A stretch of 64,000 bases of DNA, from contig CAVPIW010000005.1 of assembly GCA_963705105.1 (NCBI GenBank), positions 160,001 through 224,000 of the forward strand, in the 5' to 3' direction. Positions 19,313-29,459 of this stretch are shown here, in pieces. Origin of the DNA: an uncultured Nitrospiraceae bacterium (GTDB taxonomy: Bacteria > Nitrospirota > Thermodesulfovibrionia > Thermodesulfovibrionales > Dissulfurispiraceae). Under the pieces are notes generated by a model. It ran no database searches, had not been told where the DNA came from, and was given only the letters and a program-made list of their open reading frames with translations. Every line of letters begins with the position of its first letter. The stretch's first letter is position 1. A program made the translations under genes and the position numbers.

Positions 19313-21439
19313 CTAACGGCCGCCGCTCTTTTCCATCTTCCTCTGCCGGATAAACTCGTTGATCTCGTCGTCCTTGGTCCTTCCCTGATACTTGTCTAAA
19401 TATTCCTTTGTCACTTTTGACGCCTCCATTTTCGACTTGACGACGCGCGGAGTGAGGAGGATGATAAGCTCATTCCGTATATTGCTGTCGCTTGTCGTGG
19501 AGAAGAGCGTGCCGAGAATGGGAATACTGCTCAGGAAGGGGATGCCGGACTTTGAGCGTGTCGTGTCTTCCCGGATCAGCCCGCCGATAATGATCGTTTC
19601 TCCGTCCTGAGCGACGAGGTTCGACGTTGCCTCTGTCTTGGTCACCGACGCGAAGTCCTGCCCCGCGATCTGGACGTTTTGGCCGAGCGCCGAGACTTCC
19701 TGGCTGATCTCCAGAGAGATGAGCCCGCTGTCGTTCACCTGCGGTTTCACCTTGAGGATGATGCCGATGTCCTTGTACTGGATCGTTGATGTCAGCGTAT
19801 TGCTGGCGATCGCCCCCCCGGAGACGGGCGTCGCCGTGGTCGACGTCGCAAGGGGGATCTGCTGGCCCACCTGGATCCTCGCCTCCCGGTTGTCCGACAC
19901 GAGGATATGCGGCGCCGCGAGGACCTTCGCCCTGGAGTCGTTCATGGCGGCGATGATCTTGAGCCTGAGGTTGCCCGTCGGGTCTGCGGCGAGGAAGGTG
20001 AAATTCGTCGTGCTCGAATCGAGGGCTGTTCCGGGCTGGATGCCGACGCCGCCCAATAGGTTGATGTCCTTGTTTAACTGCTTAAACTGCAGCTTCATAT
20101 CCGTAATGAACGAGTAGGCGAAGCCGAGACTGAAGTTGTCCGTCAGGTCCACGCGGACGATGAGCCCCTCGATGATCACCTGTCGCGGGACGATGTCGAT
20201 CTTCCTGATGGTATCGGCGATAAGCTCATAATCGTCGGGTGTGGCGAGGATGATGATCGCGTTCGTGATCTCGTCGGCGAAAATTCTCGTTATGTCGGAT
20301 ACGAGGGCCTCTCCTTCGCCGGCCGGCCCCCCTGCCGCGGCCCCTGCCGCCGCTGCAGGCTGCGGGGGTTGGCCCGGGGCGGCGGCCCGTGCGGGCTGAG
20401 CCGCGGGCCGCGATGCCGCAGGCGCCCTCGAACCGAGAAATATCTGCTGCATCATCGTGGCGAGGTCCTTGGCCTTCCCGTTCTGGACGGGATAAACGAA
20501 GACCTCGGGCTTGATCTTTTTCAGTTGTTCGCTGTCCAGCACATCGATAAGCTGGAGAAGGCGCCTGACGTTCGAGTCGGTGTCGATGATGGCGATGTAG
20601 TTGCTCTTCGGGATGTCGATGATAACAGCAGTCTTCGAAAGAAAGGGGGTCATGACCCTGACCACCTCCGACGAAGGCATGTAAAGAATCGGCACGATCT
20701 GGAGGACGGCCTTGCCCGTTATCTTCACATCCTCGGGGTTTCTCCCGATGCCGACGGGTGCGGGTTCCCGCGGGATTTCGCCGATCGGGACGATCCGGTA
20801 CAGGCCGGATTCTTCGACAATGCCGATGCCGTTCAGCCTGAGTATCACCTCCATAAGAGGCAGCACATCGTCCTTCGGCACCGGCGCCACAGACCGGAAC
20901 GTCACCCTTCCCTTTACATTCGGATCGACGATGTAGTTGACCCTGAGAATGTCGCCGAAAATGGTCTGGATCACCGAATAGACGTCGGCGTCATCGAAAT
21001 TGAAGCTCACCTCACCGCGTTTCACGGGGGGACGGGGGATGACGGGAAGGGGGACAGGCGGAGGCTGCTGAGCCTGGGGCGCCGGTTGCTGAACGCCCGG
21101 CGCCGCCGGTTGAGGCTGCGGTTGCTGGACACCGGGGGGCGCGACTTGTTGGGGCTGCTGTTCCTGCTGGACTGCCGGCTGAGGAGGCGGCAGCGGCTGC
21201 TCCGCGCCCCTCCTGCCCGGTGTCGTCTGCGCACCGGGGGTGAAGAAATTCATAATGCCCCGCTGGTTTTGCGCCACCGTCGTGTATTGAGACAAGACGT
21301 CGGCGCTGTTCGCGGGCCTTTGAGTTCCGCGAGGCTGTGCACATGATGAATCAGGCATACAAAAGCCGAACGATATACAGAGCAGAATAAAAACGCCGAT
21401 CCTCTTCAAATCAAAGTTCCTTTCTACCGGTTTCGCCAA
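19313..21439 (-). CDS. gspD: Type II secretion secretin GspD
   Basis: N0 domain SFNFDDADV...NYIVDPNVKGRVT, IDIVPRQVIIE, APHILVSDNREARIQVG, GIPFLSSIPILG and ELIILLTPRVV. Pro/Gln-rich N-terminal linker. Start uncertain. Confidence 0.95.
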   Translation of the reverse strand: MAKPVERNFDLKRIGVFILLCISFGFCMPDSSCAQPRGTQRPANSADVLSQYTTVAQNQRGIMNFFTPGAQTTPGRRGAEQPLPPPQPAVQQEQQPQQVAPPGVQQPQPQPAAPGVQQPAPQAQQPPPVPLPVIPRPPVKRGEVSFNFDDADVYSVIQTIFGDILRVNYIVDPNVKGRVTFRSVAPVPKDDVLPLMEVILRLNGIGIVEESGLYRIVPIGEIPREPAPVGIGRNPEDVKITGKAVLQIVPILYMPSSEVVRVMTPFLSKTAVIIDIPKSNYIAIIDTDSNVRRLLQLIDVLDSEQLKKIKPEVFVYPVQNGKAKDLATMMQQIFLGSRAPAASRPAAQPARAAAPGQPPQPAAAAGAAAGGPAGEGEALVSDITRIFADEITNAIIILATPDDYELIADTIRKIDIVPRQVIIEGLIVRVDLTDNFSLGFAYSFITDMKLQFKQLNKDINLLGGVGIQPGTALDSSTTNFTFLAADPTGNLRLKIIAAMNDSRAKVLAAPHILVSDNREARIQVGQQIPLATSTTATPVSGGAIASNTLTSTIQYKDIGIILKVKPQVNDSGLISLEISQEVSALGQNVQIAGQDFASVTKTEATSNLVAQDGETIIIGGLIREDTTRSKSGIPFLSSIPILGTLFSTTSDSNIRNELIILLTPRVVKSKMEASKVTKEYLDKYQGRTKDDEINEFIRQRKMEKSGGR

Positions 21440-21502
21440 AATATTTTCATTATACCACAGGCATTTCGCTAAAAATACATCGCCGCGATGCCGTGCGAGC
21501 CG

Positions 21503-23800
21503 TCATCGAAGGAGTTTCCTGATCTCATCGGGGAGATTTCCGAATCTCCTGAGCTCCGATAGATGATGCTGGGCTTTGTCCTGTTCGCCCCTGATGTAAT
21601 AAGCCCTGGCCTTTCCCAGGGAGACCAGGTACTCCGCCATTCCCCTGTTGACCGCCGCCTTGTAGTAAGGCTCCGCCTCGTTTTCCCTGCCAACAACGGT
21701 GAGAACGTTTCCCATGGTGAGATAGGGCTGATAGAAGGGCGTGTCCTTTGAAACGGCGCGACCGGCGAGGTCAAGCGCCCTGTCGCGTTCCGCCCGCTCG
21801 ATGACGAGCAGGTCCGCGAAATCCGACAGTGCAAGGACATTGCCGGGATCGACGGAGAGCGTCTTCTGAAAATATTCATAAGCCGCTCGTATATCTCTCT
21901 TTCCGATATACGATGAAGCCATGCCGTACAGTGCTCCGGAGAAGCGCGAATCGATGGCGAGGGCACGCTCATACGACACAAGCGCATCGTCCCACAAATT
22001 GCTTTTCCTGTAAGCGTCTCCCGTTAAGGTATAGACGATGACCGTTTCAATCCCCTGCGTCCTGTTGATAACGTCGCCGTATTCCCGCAGCGCCCCTTCG
22101 ACATCATTGGTCGACGCCTTGTAGAGACCTCTCATGATCTGGGTCTTTGACGATATCATGCTCTTTTCGTGCTGATCGATGAGCTTTTTGGCCGTTTCAA
22201 TTTTTCCGGAAAAGAGATAGAGCATCCCAAGGCTGTACACGGCCTCGTCGAAGAAAAACGGCCTCCTTTCCTTGCCGGCGATCAGGATGGCTTTCTTGAA
22301 ATACTCTTCAGCCTTCTTGAGGTCGTATTCGTTCATGTGGGTATTTCCAAGTGCCATAATCGCCCTGATGTTGCCCGGCGCCTTGTCCAGCGTATCATTC
22401 CAAAGCGTCAACGAGTCCTTCCAGACCGCGTTCCTGACGAATGTGACCGACCCGAGCGTCACGCACACAAGTATCGCTGCAATCCATATTTTCGTCCTGT
22501 CCCAGGAAAAGGGGAGCGAGACAATGGCCTGGCCTGCAGCACCCATGAAAAGTCCCGCAACGGGAAGATAATTCCTGTGCTCGAAATACAGGTCGGCGCC
22601 GATGCCGACAAAGCTCTCAAGAGATATCGCCGCCAAATACCACAAAATGCCGAAACTGAGCAGGGGAAGCCGTTTCAGGGCTGCAAGGGAAAAAACGATC
22701 AGCGCGACGATGAGAAGAGCACCGGCCACCGTCGTCGGGGGCGTCATCAGGCCGGAGGACAGAGGGAATCCCCACCAGTCGAAAACAAAAAAACCCGGCG
22801 CCGGGACAAGCAGCAAAAACAGGTAGCGGGGGAGCACCCTGAACTGAGTGAGAACGTGCTGCAGAGGTGTCCAGTACACGTCGGCGGCCATCCATCCCCT
22901 GTCCTCCATCGGCTGATCATAATGAACAACAAGTGACGCAAGGTCGGCGACGACATGAGTGAGCCGGAGCGAATAAGCAGTGACGCCGAGGACAAGGACT
23001 GCCAATACACCGATGACAGCCAGCCTTTTCTTGAATGATCTCATGTCTTTTTTTGACAGGAACACGTAATCGTACAGAAGAATGAGAGGCAGACCCATGA
23101 CCGCATTCTCCTTCGAAAAAAGGCCGAGCAGAAGGGAGGCGCCGCAGAGCATGAATAACAGTGAGGACCGTGCGGGATGCGTTGACTCAGCGGCCGCCCT
23201 GTAAAACAACAGAGCGAGGAGGACGAAAAAAGCGGCGAGAAGGGCCATCCGCTGCACGATATATGCGACGGCGGAAACATTGATCGGATGCAGGGCGAAG
23301 AGGGCGCTGCAGAGCAATGCCGCAGCAAAGGCGAGCCTGTCATGATGCCGCTGATTGAATGTCTCCCCGTCCGGCGCTGCGGCTCTGTTATTGCCGGCAG
23401 CGGGACATCCCGCAAGAAAGGACCGGACGGTCCAAAAGGTCAGTACATAAACCAGGATCGCATTGGCAAGATGAATCACGATATTGACGATCCTGAAGTT
23501 CATCGCGCTGAAAGACGCCACCCGCTGGTTCGCAAGAAAGGTGAGATAGGTGATTTTCCTGAATCCGAGGAGATCCTGAAAGTCCTGGATGCTTATGGGT
23601 CTGTTAATCACCACATCGTCCAGCGCCCACGTCCCGTTGAGCGAATTCGCATAGGCAAGCATCGCCGAAAATCCGATCAGGGCAAGCGCCAGGAGATGGC
23701 TTTTGATGGTTTCATTCTTCAAGAAACCGCTTTCCGTCTTTCTCACTTCCTGCAAGTGAACCCCATCCTGAACCTTTTCCTTTTTTGACTTATTTCCCAT
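21503..23800 (-). CDS. TMTC-like GT-C protein glycosyltransferase with C-terminal TPRs
   Basis: YANSL...LDD acidic pair after TM1, FALHPINVSAVAYIVQR, SKENAV, FEHRNYLP, RNAVWKD, then TPR repeats. Confidence 0.8.
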   Translation of the reverse strand: MGNKSKKEKVQDGVHLQEVRKTESGFLKNETIKSHLLALALIGFSAMLAYANSLNGTWALDDVVINRPISIQDFQDLLGFRKITYLTFLANQRVASFSAMNFRIVNIVIHLANAILVYVLTFWTVRSFLAGCPAAGNNRAAAPDGETFNQRHHDRLAFAAALLCSALFALHPINVSAVAYIVQRMALLAAFFVLLALLFYRAAAESTHPARSSLLFMLCGASLLLGLFSKENAVMGLPLILLYDYVFLSKKDMRSFKKRLAVIGVLAVLVLGVTAYSLRLTHVVADLASLVVHYDQPMEDRGWMAADVYWTPLQHVLTQFRVLPRYLFLLLVPAPGFFVFDWWGFPLSSGLMTPPTTVAGALLIVALIVFSLAALKRLPLLSFGILWYLAAISLESFVGIGADLYFEHRNYLPVAGLFMGAAGQAIVSLPFSWDRTKIWIAAILVCVTLGSVTFVRNAVWKDSLTLWNDTLDKAPGNIRAIMALGNTHMNEYDLKKAEEYFKKAILIAGKERRPFFFDEAVYSLGMLYLFSGKIETAKKLIDQHEKSMISSKTQIMRGLYKASTNDVEGALREYGDVINRTQGIETVIVYTLTGDAYRKSNLWDDALVSYERALAIDSRFSGALYGMASSYIGKRDIRAAYEYFQKTLSVDPGNVLALSDFADLLVIERAERDRALDLAGRAVSKDTPFYQPYLTMGNVLTVVGRENEAEPYYKAAVNRGMAEYLVSLGKARAYYIRGEQDKAQHHLSELRRFGNLPDEIRKLLR

Positions 23801-23809
23801 CTCAACGGT

Positions 23810-24841
23810 TTAAAAGAGATCGCTGTCTCCCATTGTGTAGTACAGATGCGTCTTCAGTCTCTCCGGCGCCTGATGGTCGCTGAAGATCGGTCCCGTCAAG
23901 TGGAGGTCCCGGGGCTCCCTTTCAGAAATGAAGCCGATGTCACCGATCGTCCTGTCCCACCAGGAGGGCCTCGGAGGGAACCAGCACTCGATCGCATCGA
24001 TCCCTTCCGCCAGGGGATGGTGAAGGGCATGGCCCAGCAAGGGCATGACGAAGGCTGCTGCACGGGGCTCGAACAGGGCGTCTCCCCAGATCATGCTCCG
24101 GCCCTCCCTGAAAAAGACAGACCACCCGGCAAGCCGTCCCGCCCTCCTGAGAACGAGGATGAGATACCGCCTGTCCGGTCTCCGGAGGTATCGCCAGCGC
24201 AGATAGGCGGCATCCCGGCGGATGAGATAACGGTAACGCGGCGCACACCGCTCGAATAAAGCCGTCCATTCCTCATCGACGGACGTCGTCTCCTCGACGC
24301 GGATACGTGAGACAGCGGCCGCGACCCTCTCCCTGGCACTGATCTTTATGGCGCCGACGGGCGCGTGCCTGTAATGCACCGGCTCGATGTCGGCATAACC
24401 GAGAAACAGGAGGCCGATCCGCAGGCTGTGGTGCGTGGCAAAGCCATACGCGAAAGGCGCATTGCGGGCATGGGTATTTTTGAAATGTTCAAAAGTCTTC
24501 GCGAGAAGAGACGTTTTTCCGAAGCCCACCGATCTGAAGGCCTTCCTGGTCATCTTGTCGCCGATCTGGAATGTCGTGGTTTCCTCATATCCTTTTCCGC
24601 CGGGAGGATAAAAGCGGAGGCACACCGGATACCCCGCATACTGCGAAGCAAGGACCCCTTCCGGCGACACGGCAAGGCTGATGCAGCAGGAGCCCTGCGG
24701 GTTGTCCCGATATTTCCATATCCAGTAAGGGAGTTGACGGTTCTCCCGGAACACCTCATTGAACATGTCAACGAGGCGGTCTTCGTCGCCCTGTTCATAG
24801 GACCTGAAGGCAAACCCGTCGGTCGGGGTCTTGCGATTCAC
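23810..24841 (-). CDS. GNAT family N-acetyltransferase
   Basis: WIWKYRDNP, DKMTRKAFRSVG, RRDAAYLRWRY and YYTMGDSDLF. GTG start overlaps the upstream stop. Confidence 0.72.
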   Translation of the reverse strand: MNRKTPTDGFAFRSYEQGDEDRLVDMFNEVFRENRQLPYWIWKYRDNPQGSCCISLAVSPEGVLASQYAGYPVCLRFYPPGGKGYEETTTFQIGDKMTRKAFRSVGFGKTSLLAKTFEHFKNTHARNAPFAYGFATHHSLRIGLLFLGYADIEPVHYRHAPVGAIKISARERVAAAVSRIRVEETTSVDEEWTALFERCAPRYRYLIRRDAAYLRWRYLRRPDRRYLILVLRRAGRLAGWSVFFREGRSMIWGDALFEPRAAAFVMPLLGHALHHPLAEGIDAIECWFPPRPSWWDRTIGDIGFISEREPRDLHLTGPIFSDHQAPERLKTHLYYTMGDSDLF

Positions 24842-25863
24842 GGTGTCCCCGGCACGGCGTTTTTGCTGTATGTGCACTGCCATGCCCCCTTCACAACGCG
24901 GCAGTCGCGCTCCCGGTCATGAAGGGTTTGCGGTACGGCATTATACCAGGAATTGCAGTCCGCACACAGCCCGATCAGGGAATACCTCCCTTCCTTGTGC
25001 AGGGTCCTGTACCGGTTGAACACCGCTCCGTTCCATACCTTCTCGATGGTGTTTCGGCTCACCGTCCCCACATTTCCGTCGTTGAACCAGTCTTCGCAGC
25101 AGAGTCCGACGCTTCCGTCCCAGAAGACGACGAGCATCGTGAACAGCATGTAACAGGGGATCCTCTCTATGGGAGGGGCTTCCCTGACGAGGATGTTGTC
25201 CCTCGTCCCGACGGGCCTGCAGGGTGAGACGGAGACCTCGTCGGCAAGAGGAAGCCAGAAATCGATAAAGCGGGGCACGTCTTCCCTCATCTCTTCCTGG
25301 ACGGTCATGTTCACCAGGATTTTCAGGTCCGGCCGGCTCACGCGTGCCCTTTCGATAAATGCCAGGGCGTTCCTGACCACCCGGTCATACTCCGCGCCGC
25401 AGCGGTATTTATTGAACGTTTCCCTGACCGTGCCGTCTATGCTGAAACCGATCCAGGACAGGCCGGCATCGATGAGACCCTTTGACATGTCCTCGCCGAG
25501 CAGCATCCCGTTCGTCAGAAAACCCGTGCTGAGGCGGAGATGCGCTGTTTTCCCGATGATCGCACGCAGGTCCTTGTGAAGCAGGGGCTCTCCCGCGCCG
25601 TGGAGTGCCACCCAGGGTATGCCGTGATCCCTGTTGAGGCCGTCGATTTCATGAAGGAGCCTCACGGCGAGGCCGGTGTCCATGAATCCCTTCTTCCTCG
25701 TCGGGACAACGGCGGGACTGTGAAAATTGCACATGCTGCACCTGAGATTGCAGTGATCGGTGAGTTCGAGAAAATAGCTCTGCGGAGGCGGAAGAGGGTC
25801 TTCCCGTTGCAGCACCGGCGGGGCGGGACGCAGTTTTTCCTTAATCTTTTCCAGAAGATTCAT
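24838..25863 (-). CDS. Radical SAM protein with SPASM/twitch domain
   Basis: CNLRCSMC, GEPLLH, C-terminal PC...DGSVGLCCED...CADC. Confidence 0.9.
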   Translation of the reverse strand: MNLLEKIKEKLRPAPPVLQREDPLPPPQSYFLELTDHCNLRCSMCNFHSPAVVPTRKKGFMDTGLAVRLLHEIDGLNRDHGIPWVALHGAGEPLLHKDLRAIIGKTAHLRLSTGFLTNGMLLGEDMSKGLIDAGLSWIGFSIDGTVRETFNKYRCGAEYDRVVRNALAFIERARVSRPDLKILVNMTVQEEMREDVPRFIDFWLPLADEVSVSPCRPVGTRDNILVREAPPIERIPCYMLFTMLVVFWDGSVGLCCEDWFNDGNVGTVSRNTIEKVWNGAVFNRYRTLHKEGRYSLIGLCADCNSWYNAVPQTLHDRERDCRVVKGAWQCTYSKNAVPGTP

Positions 25864-26836
25864 GGTGTTCAACCATCCGCAGCAACTTTTTCATGAGGGC
25901 GCCCTTCAGGCCCGCCCGGGCAAGGAGGACATCGGTGCGACCGATGAGTCCCCTCTCCCTCAGAAGGCCGAGCGACCGGTCCCTGAGCCCCCCCTTGTCC
26001 AGCGTCAGTGCATAGGCCCCGCAGAGCGCCCAGTATGCGTCCTCCCCGGGACAAAGGGCCGCGCATTTCTCGGCATGGTACAGGCCGTGCTCGGGCGGGG
26101 CCCCCAACAAAAGGATATTTTTCGCAAAGTGGAAATGGGCAAGCGCCGCCTGGCGTCGATCGGAATAATCGAAGGCTCCGTTACCGGTGCGTATGACCCT
26201 GAAACGAAACGTCCCCTCCCAGCAGAGCTGCACGCATGACACGTTCAAATAATGCCTCAGGGCGTTGTCATGCAGCCTTCCGTGCTTCCACACCGAGTGC
26301 AGCAGGGTGCTCAGGTAGGGCGCTTCGATGAATCCCCTTTCTTCAAAGACCAGTTCTCCGTCGACCAGGTCCACAAGCCAGCGGTGCGACGGATAGCCTG
26401 CAACAAGTTCGGTCCATTTGCGGGGCGTTTCGATATAGCCCCTCTTTCCCACCCTCATGAGCTCCCTGCAGGCCCTCTCCGGATCGGGCACATGCTCCAG
26501 CACATGGGAGCAGAAGATGAAATCGAAAGCGCCGTCCCTGAAGGGAAGCGCCTGGATGTCCGCAACAACATACCGGTCCTTCAGATCCTCCGGCACTTTC
26601 CCACCGTCCCGATGAACGCCGTCACGCATGTCGAAGTCGACGATCACGTCGGCGCGCCTGAAGGGATTGTGACCGCCTCCCACATCGAGCACGCGATCCC
26701 TGTCGTCGATGCGCAGGACCGCCCTGAGTCTGTCCTGGTCGAAGGACGGATAGATGACGCCGAAGGCGTTCACCGGCGGGGAATCGCAGTGTGACATCGT
26801 CAGATCCTCAGCACTCTTCACTGTTGACAGGCCCAT
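25841..26836 (-). CDS. Class I SAM-dependent methyltransferase with helical C-terminal extension
   Basis: VLDVGGG, ADIQALPF and SHVLEHV. Confidence 0.82.
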   Translation of the reverse strand: MGLSTVKSAEDLTMSHCDSPPVNAFGVIYPSFDQDRLRAVLRIDDRDRVLDVGGGHNPFRRADVIVDFDMRDGVHRDGGKVPEDLKDRYVVADIQALPFRDGAFDFIFCSHVLEHVPDPERACRELMRVGKRGYIETPRKWTELVAGYPSHRWLVDLVDGELVFEERGFIEAPYLSTLLHSVWKHGRLHDNALRHYLNVSCVQLCWEGTFRFRVIRTGNGAFDYSDRRQAALAHFHFAKNILLLGAPPEHGLYHAEKCAALCPGEDAYWALCGAYALTLDKGGLRDRSLGLLRERGLIGRTDVLLARAGLKGALMKKLLRMVEHHESSGKD

Positions 26837-26846
26837 CGGCCTCTGC

Positions 26847-27605
26847 TCACAGGGTCAACAGGGGGGCGGCGGATGGGACGCTGCACCGTTCGCACAGTTT
26901 CAGGCCCTTTCGCGTGCCCTCCTGAAGACGTTTCCGGATCTCCCCGAGACGTTTGCTCCCGAGGAAAATGTCGACGGCCGAAGCGTCCCTGACATTGCCG
27001 AAGCGCTCATCGTAATAAAAGTCGCAGCAGCAGAGACAGACATCTCCGTCGGGATTTATGACCATCTGGCGGAAGGGCAGGACACATCCCGCATCGTTGC
27101 TGAGCGACTGGTTCACGATGCCGGACCCGATGGACCCTCCGCGGTTGTGGAACATCGCCGTTTTGTCATACCCGTGGACGGACAATAACGCGATCCTGTC
27201 CGCGCCGAATGTCGCGACGAACTCGTTGAAAAGCGCGCTCCTCTCGGGAGAATGGACGGATATGAATATTTTGTGCAGTCCCGCCTCGAACAACCCGTGA
27301 AGTCTCTCCCTGTCCAGAAGGTCTCCGTTCGTGAAGAGATAACTCCGGGCTGACGGAAGCTCCTGCGTGATCATGCCTATGAAGGACGTCATCCTCTTGT
27401 CCATGAGCGGCTCGTTGTTGACGAAGGGACCGATCAATCCGTCATATCCGGCGGCCCTCAGGTCGGAGAGGATCTTTTCGAAGACCTCCCTGTCCATCAC
27501 CCTGGGCTCCCATTTTCTGTCGAGGCCGAACTTGCAGTACGGGCACTTCCGCGTGCAGGTATTGACCGTCTCGATATTGACTTCTTCTATACGAAGGCTG
27601 CCCAT
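26847..27605 (-). CDS. Radical SAM protein with SPASM/twitch domain
   Basis: CTRKCPYC, NNEPL, HNRGG, C..PF..MVINPDGDVCLCCCD...CERC. Confidence 0.9.
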   Translation of the reverse strand: MGSLRIEEVNIETVNTCTRKCPYCKFGLDRKWEPRVMDREVFEKILSDLRAAGYDGLIGPFVNNEPLMDKRMTSFIGMITQELPSARSYLFTNGDLLDRERLHGLFEAGLHKIFISVHSPERSALFNEFVATFGADRIALLSVHGYDKTAMFHNRGGSIGSGIVNQSLSNDAGCVLPFRQMVINPDGDVCLCCCDFYYDERFGNVRDASAVDIFLGSKRLGEIRKRLQEGTRKGLKLCERCSVPSAAPLLTL

Positions 27606-27659
27606 GTTGCACGTTACCCCTATTTCGTCCCCTTTGTCAACACGATGAAGACCTTACGG

Positions 27660-28549
27660 TCACCTCATCTCTCCCAGATAGAACCACCCGAGCCAGGACT
27701 CCGGAGAATGAGACACCACCGCCCGCAGCGCATCGGCCCAATGCTGCAGGAGAATGCCTTCGGTGTCCGCGGCGAGAGGGACGAAGGACAGGCGGTACGG
27801 CTCCGATATATCCGACAGGAAGGGGAAGACGGCGGCGACGGGGACTCTGTCTTGCTCCGGATTCTGCTGCAGCCGAGCGGCAACCAGATTTCTTCTTCAA
27901 AGAGCTTCACCTTCGCGCCTCTTTCCTGATATCCCGGCACATCGACAAGCATGAGGACCGAATATCCCTGTCGGATAAGATCGATGCATCTGCCGACCGT
28001 ATCGCCCTCGTTCGTGAAGACCATCGGGACGAGTTTCGAGAGGGCCTGAAAGCAGCCTATCCCGCTCAGCAGGTGGCGCTGGGCGCCTGCCCTTCCCGGG
28101 TCGGCCGAGACATAGGCGATTTTGACCCCCAGCCTGTGCAAGGCCCAGGGGATGATGAAATAGTAGGCCGTGTGGGCGGACAGGAGAAGGAGCGGTCCCT
28201 TTTCCCGGATCTCTCCGGCGATTCTGCGGACCGCCTCCATGTCGATAATGCCCGGCAGATAATCGGTCCTCATCCTTCCGAGCCATAGGTGCTCCAACAG
28301 GATCCGCGTTTCGACCTTAAAGAAGCCCTTTATCACCCTCCCGCTCCCTTCAGCGTTCAGACGAAGGCATCTTGCCAAAGCCCTGCGCACGGACTCCGGG
28401 TCGAAGCTGTCATAGCGAAAACAGGCGCCGTCCGGCCGTTTCCCGAGCGCTCCGGTCCTGTTGACCAGCCGGTAAGCGATCGCCGGTCTGAAGCGGCTGA
28501 TCAGGGGAGTGATCACCCGCGCGTTGAGATCAAGGAGCAGCCTGTCCAA
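27660..28549 (-). CDS. LpxL/HtrB-like acyltransferase, frameshifted near 27841
   Basis: LLLLSAH and MLVDVPG. Adding one C in a C-run gives ...SPVAAVFPF...HSPESWLGWFYLGEMR*, the family-typical P-x-x-W-x-x-W end. Confidence 0.6.
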
Positions 28550-29459
28550 AGAAACCTTCGAGGTGGATCAGTGTCAGTAATTGTTCGGGGGCGGCCCGGA
28601 TGAAGGCGTCGAAGCGGGAGGCGTAAACCTGCAGCATGCCGTCCGGATGGAGGCCATCGGGCATCTTTTCATAGCGGACGCTCCTTTTCACGGTGCCGCC
28701 GGCAACGTCGACGAGCGGAAAGGCCGTGAGTATGGGAAGTTTACGGCCGTGGAAGACCTCGATGAGCCTGCTGGGAAAGAAAGCCCGCCCCCCCAGGAAG
28801 TCCGCCTCCATCCTCCTGTCCGTAATAAAGGACCGGGGAAGGTCGATGGCGGCATAGAGGACAGTTCTTTCCCGGGCGGCGAGTATTTTTCTCAGGTGCT
28901 TCGGGAAGTCGGGCGTGTTGGCATAGAGGTACCGTCCCCCGGCAAAATGACGCTCGCTCAGTTTCATGTTCAGACCAAGGAGCCAGCGCAGCGGCCTGTC
29001 CATGGTCAAAGGATCAATGCTGAATGCGATGGGGTGCACCCGGTAACCCAGCTCCGATGTGGCTGCAATGACCTCATAGTAGCTGCCCGTGTGCGCATAG
29101 AGGACCAGTGCGGGTCCCCTTTCATAGCATTCCGACATTTCTTCCAGCCCTGAAAAGGCGTTGAACCGGTGGACCGTTCTGTCCGATAGAAAAGGATACA
29201 GAAAGCAGTCGGCCTCGCGCACAGCCGACACGACGGTGTACAAGTCGGCAAGTGTCCGGGCATCGTGACCGCTCAGGAAGTCATACCTGCCGCAGGCCCT
29301 CCCGATCGCTTCACGGTAGCTCCGCACCTTCGGCCCGACGGGACAGCATGTGACGATGTCCGCCAGCCCGGAGAAGGACATGTCCGATATCCTGCGGAGG
29401 AACAGGGGAAGCTTCAGGAAATAGTAGATCAGTTCGCCGGGAAGATGCGATGCGGTCAT
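28530..29459 (-). CDS. LpxL/HtrB-like acyltransferase
   Basis: LVLYAHTGSYYE, AAIDLP, FLGGRAFFP and FIRAAPEQ. Confidence 0.62.
   Translation of the reverse strand: MTASHLPGELIYYFLKLPLFLRRISDMSFSGLADIVTCCPVGPKVRSYREAIGRACGRYDFLSGHDARTLADLYTVVSAVREADCFLYPFLSDRTVHRFNAFSGLEEMSECYERGPALVLYAHTGSYYEVIAATSELGYRVHPIAFSIDPLTMDRPLRWLLGLNMKLSERHFAGGRYLYANTPDFPKHLRKILAARERTVLYAAIDLPRSFITDRRMEADFLGGRAFFPSRLIEVFHGRKLPILTAFPLVDVAGGTVKRSVRYEKMPDGLHPDGMLQVYASRFDAFIRAAPEQLLTLIHLEGFFGQAAP

Noticed and set aside
24838..27605. Radical SAM/SPASM genes as a RiPP cluster
   Set aside because: No precursor peptide, RRE/PqqD domain or peptidase-transporter is visible, and the context is glycan biosynthesis.
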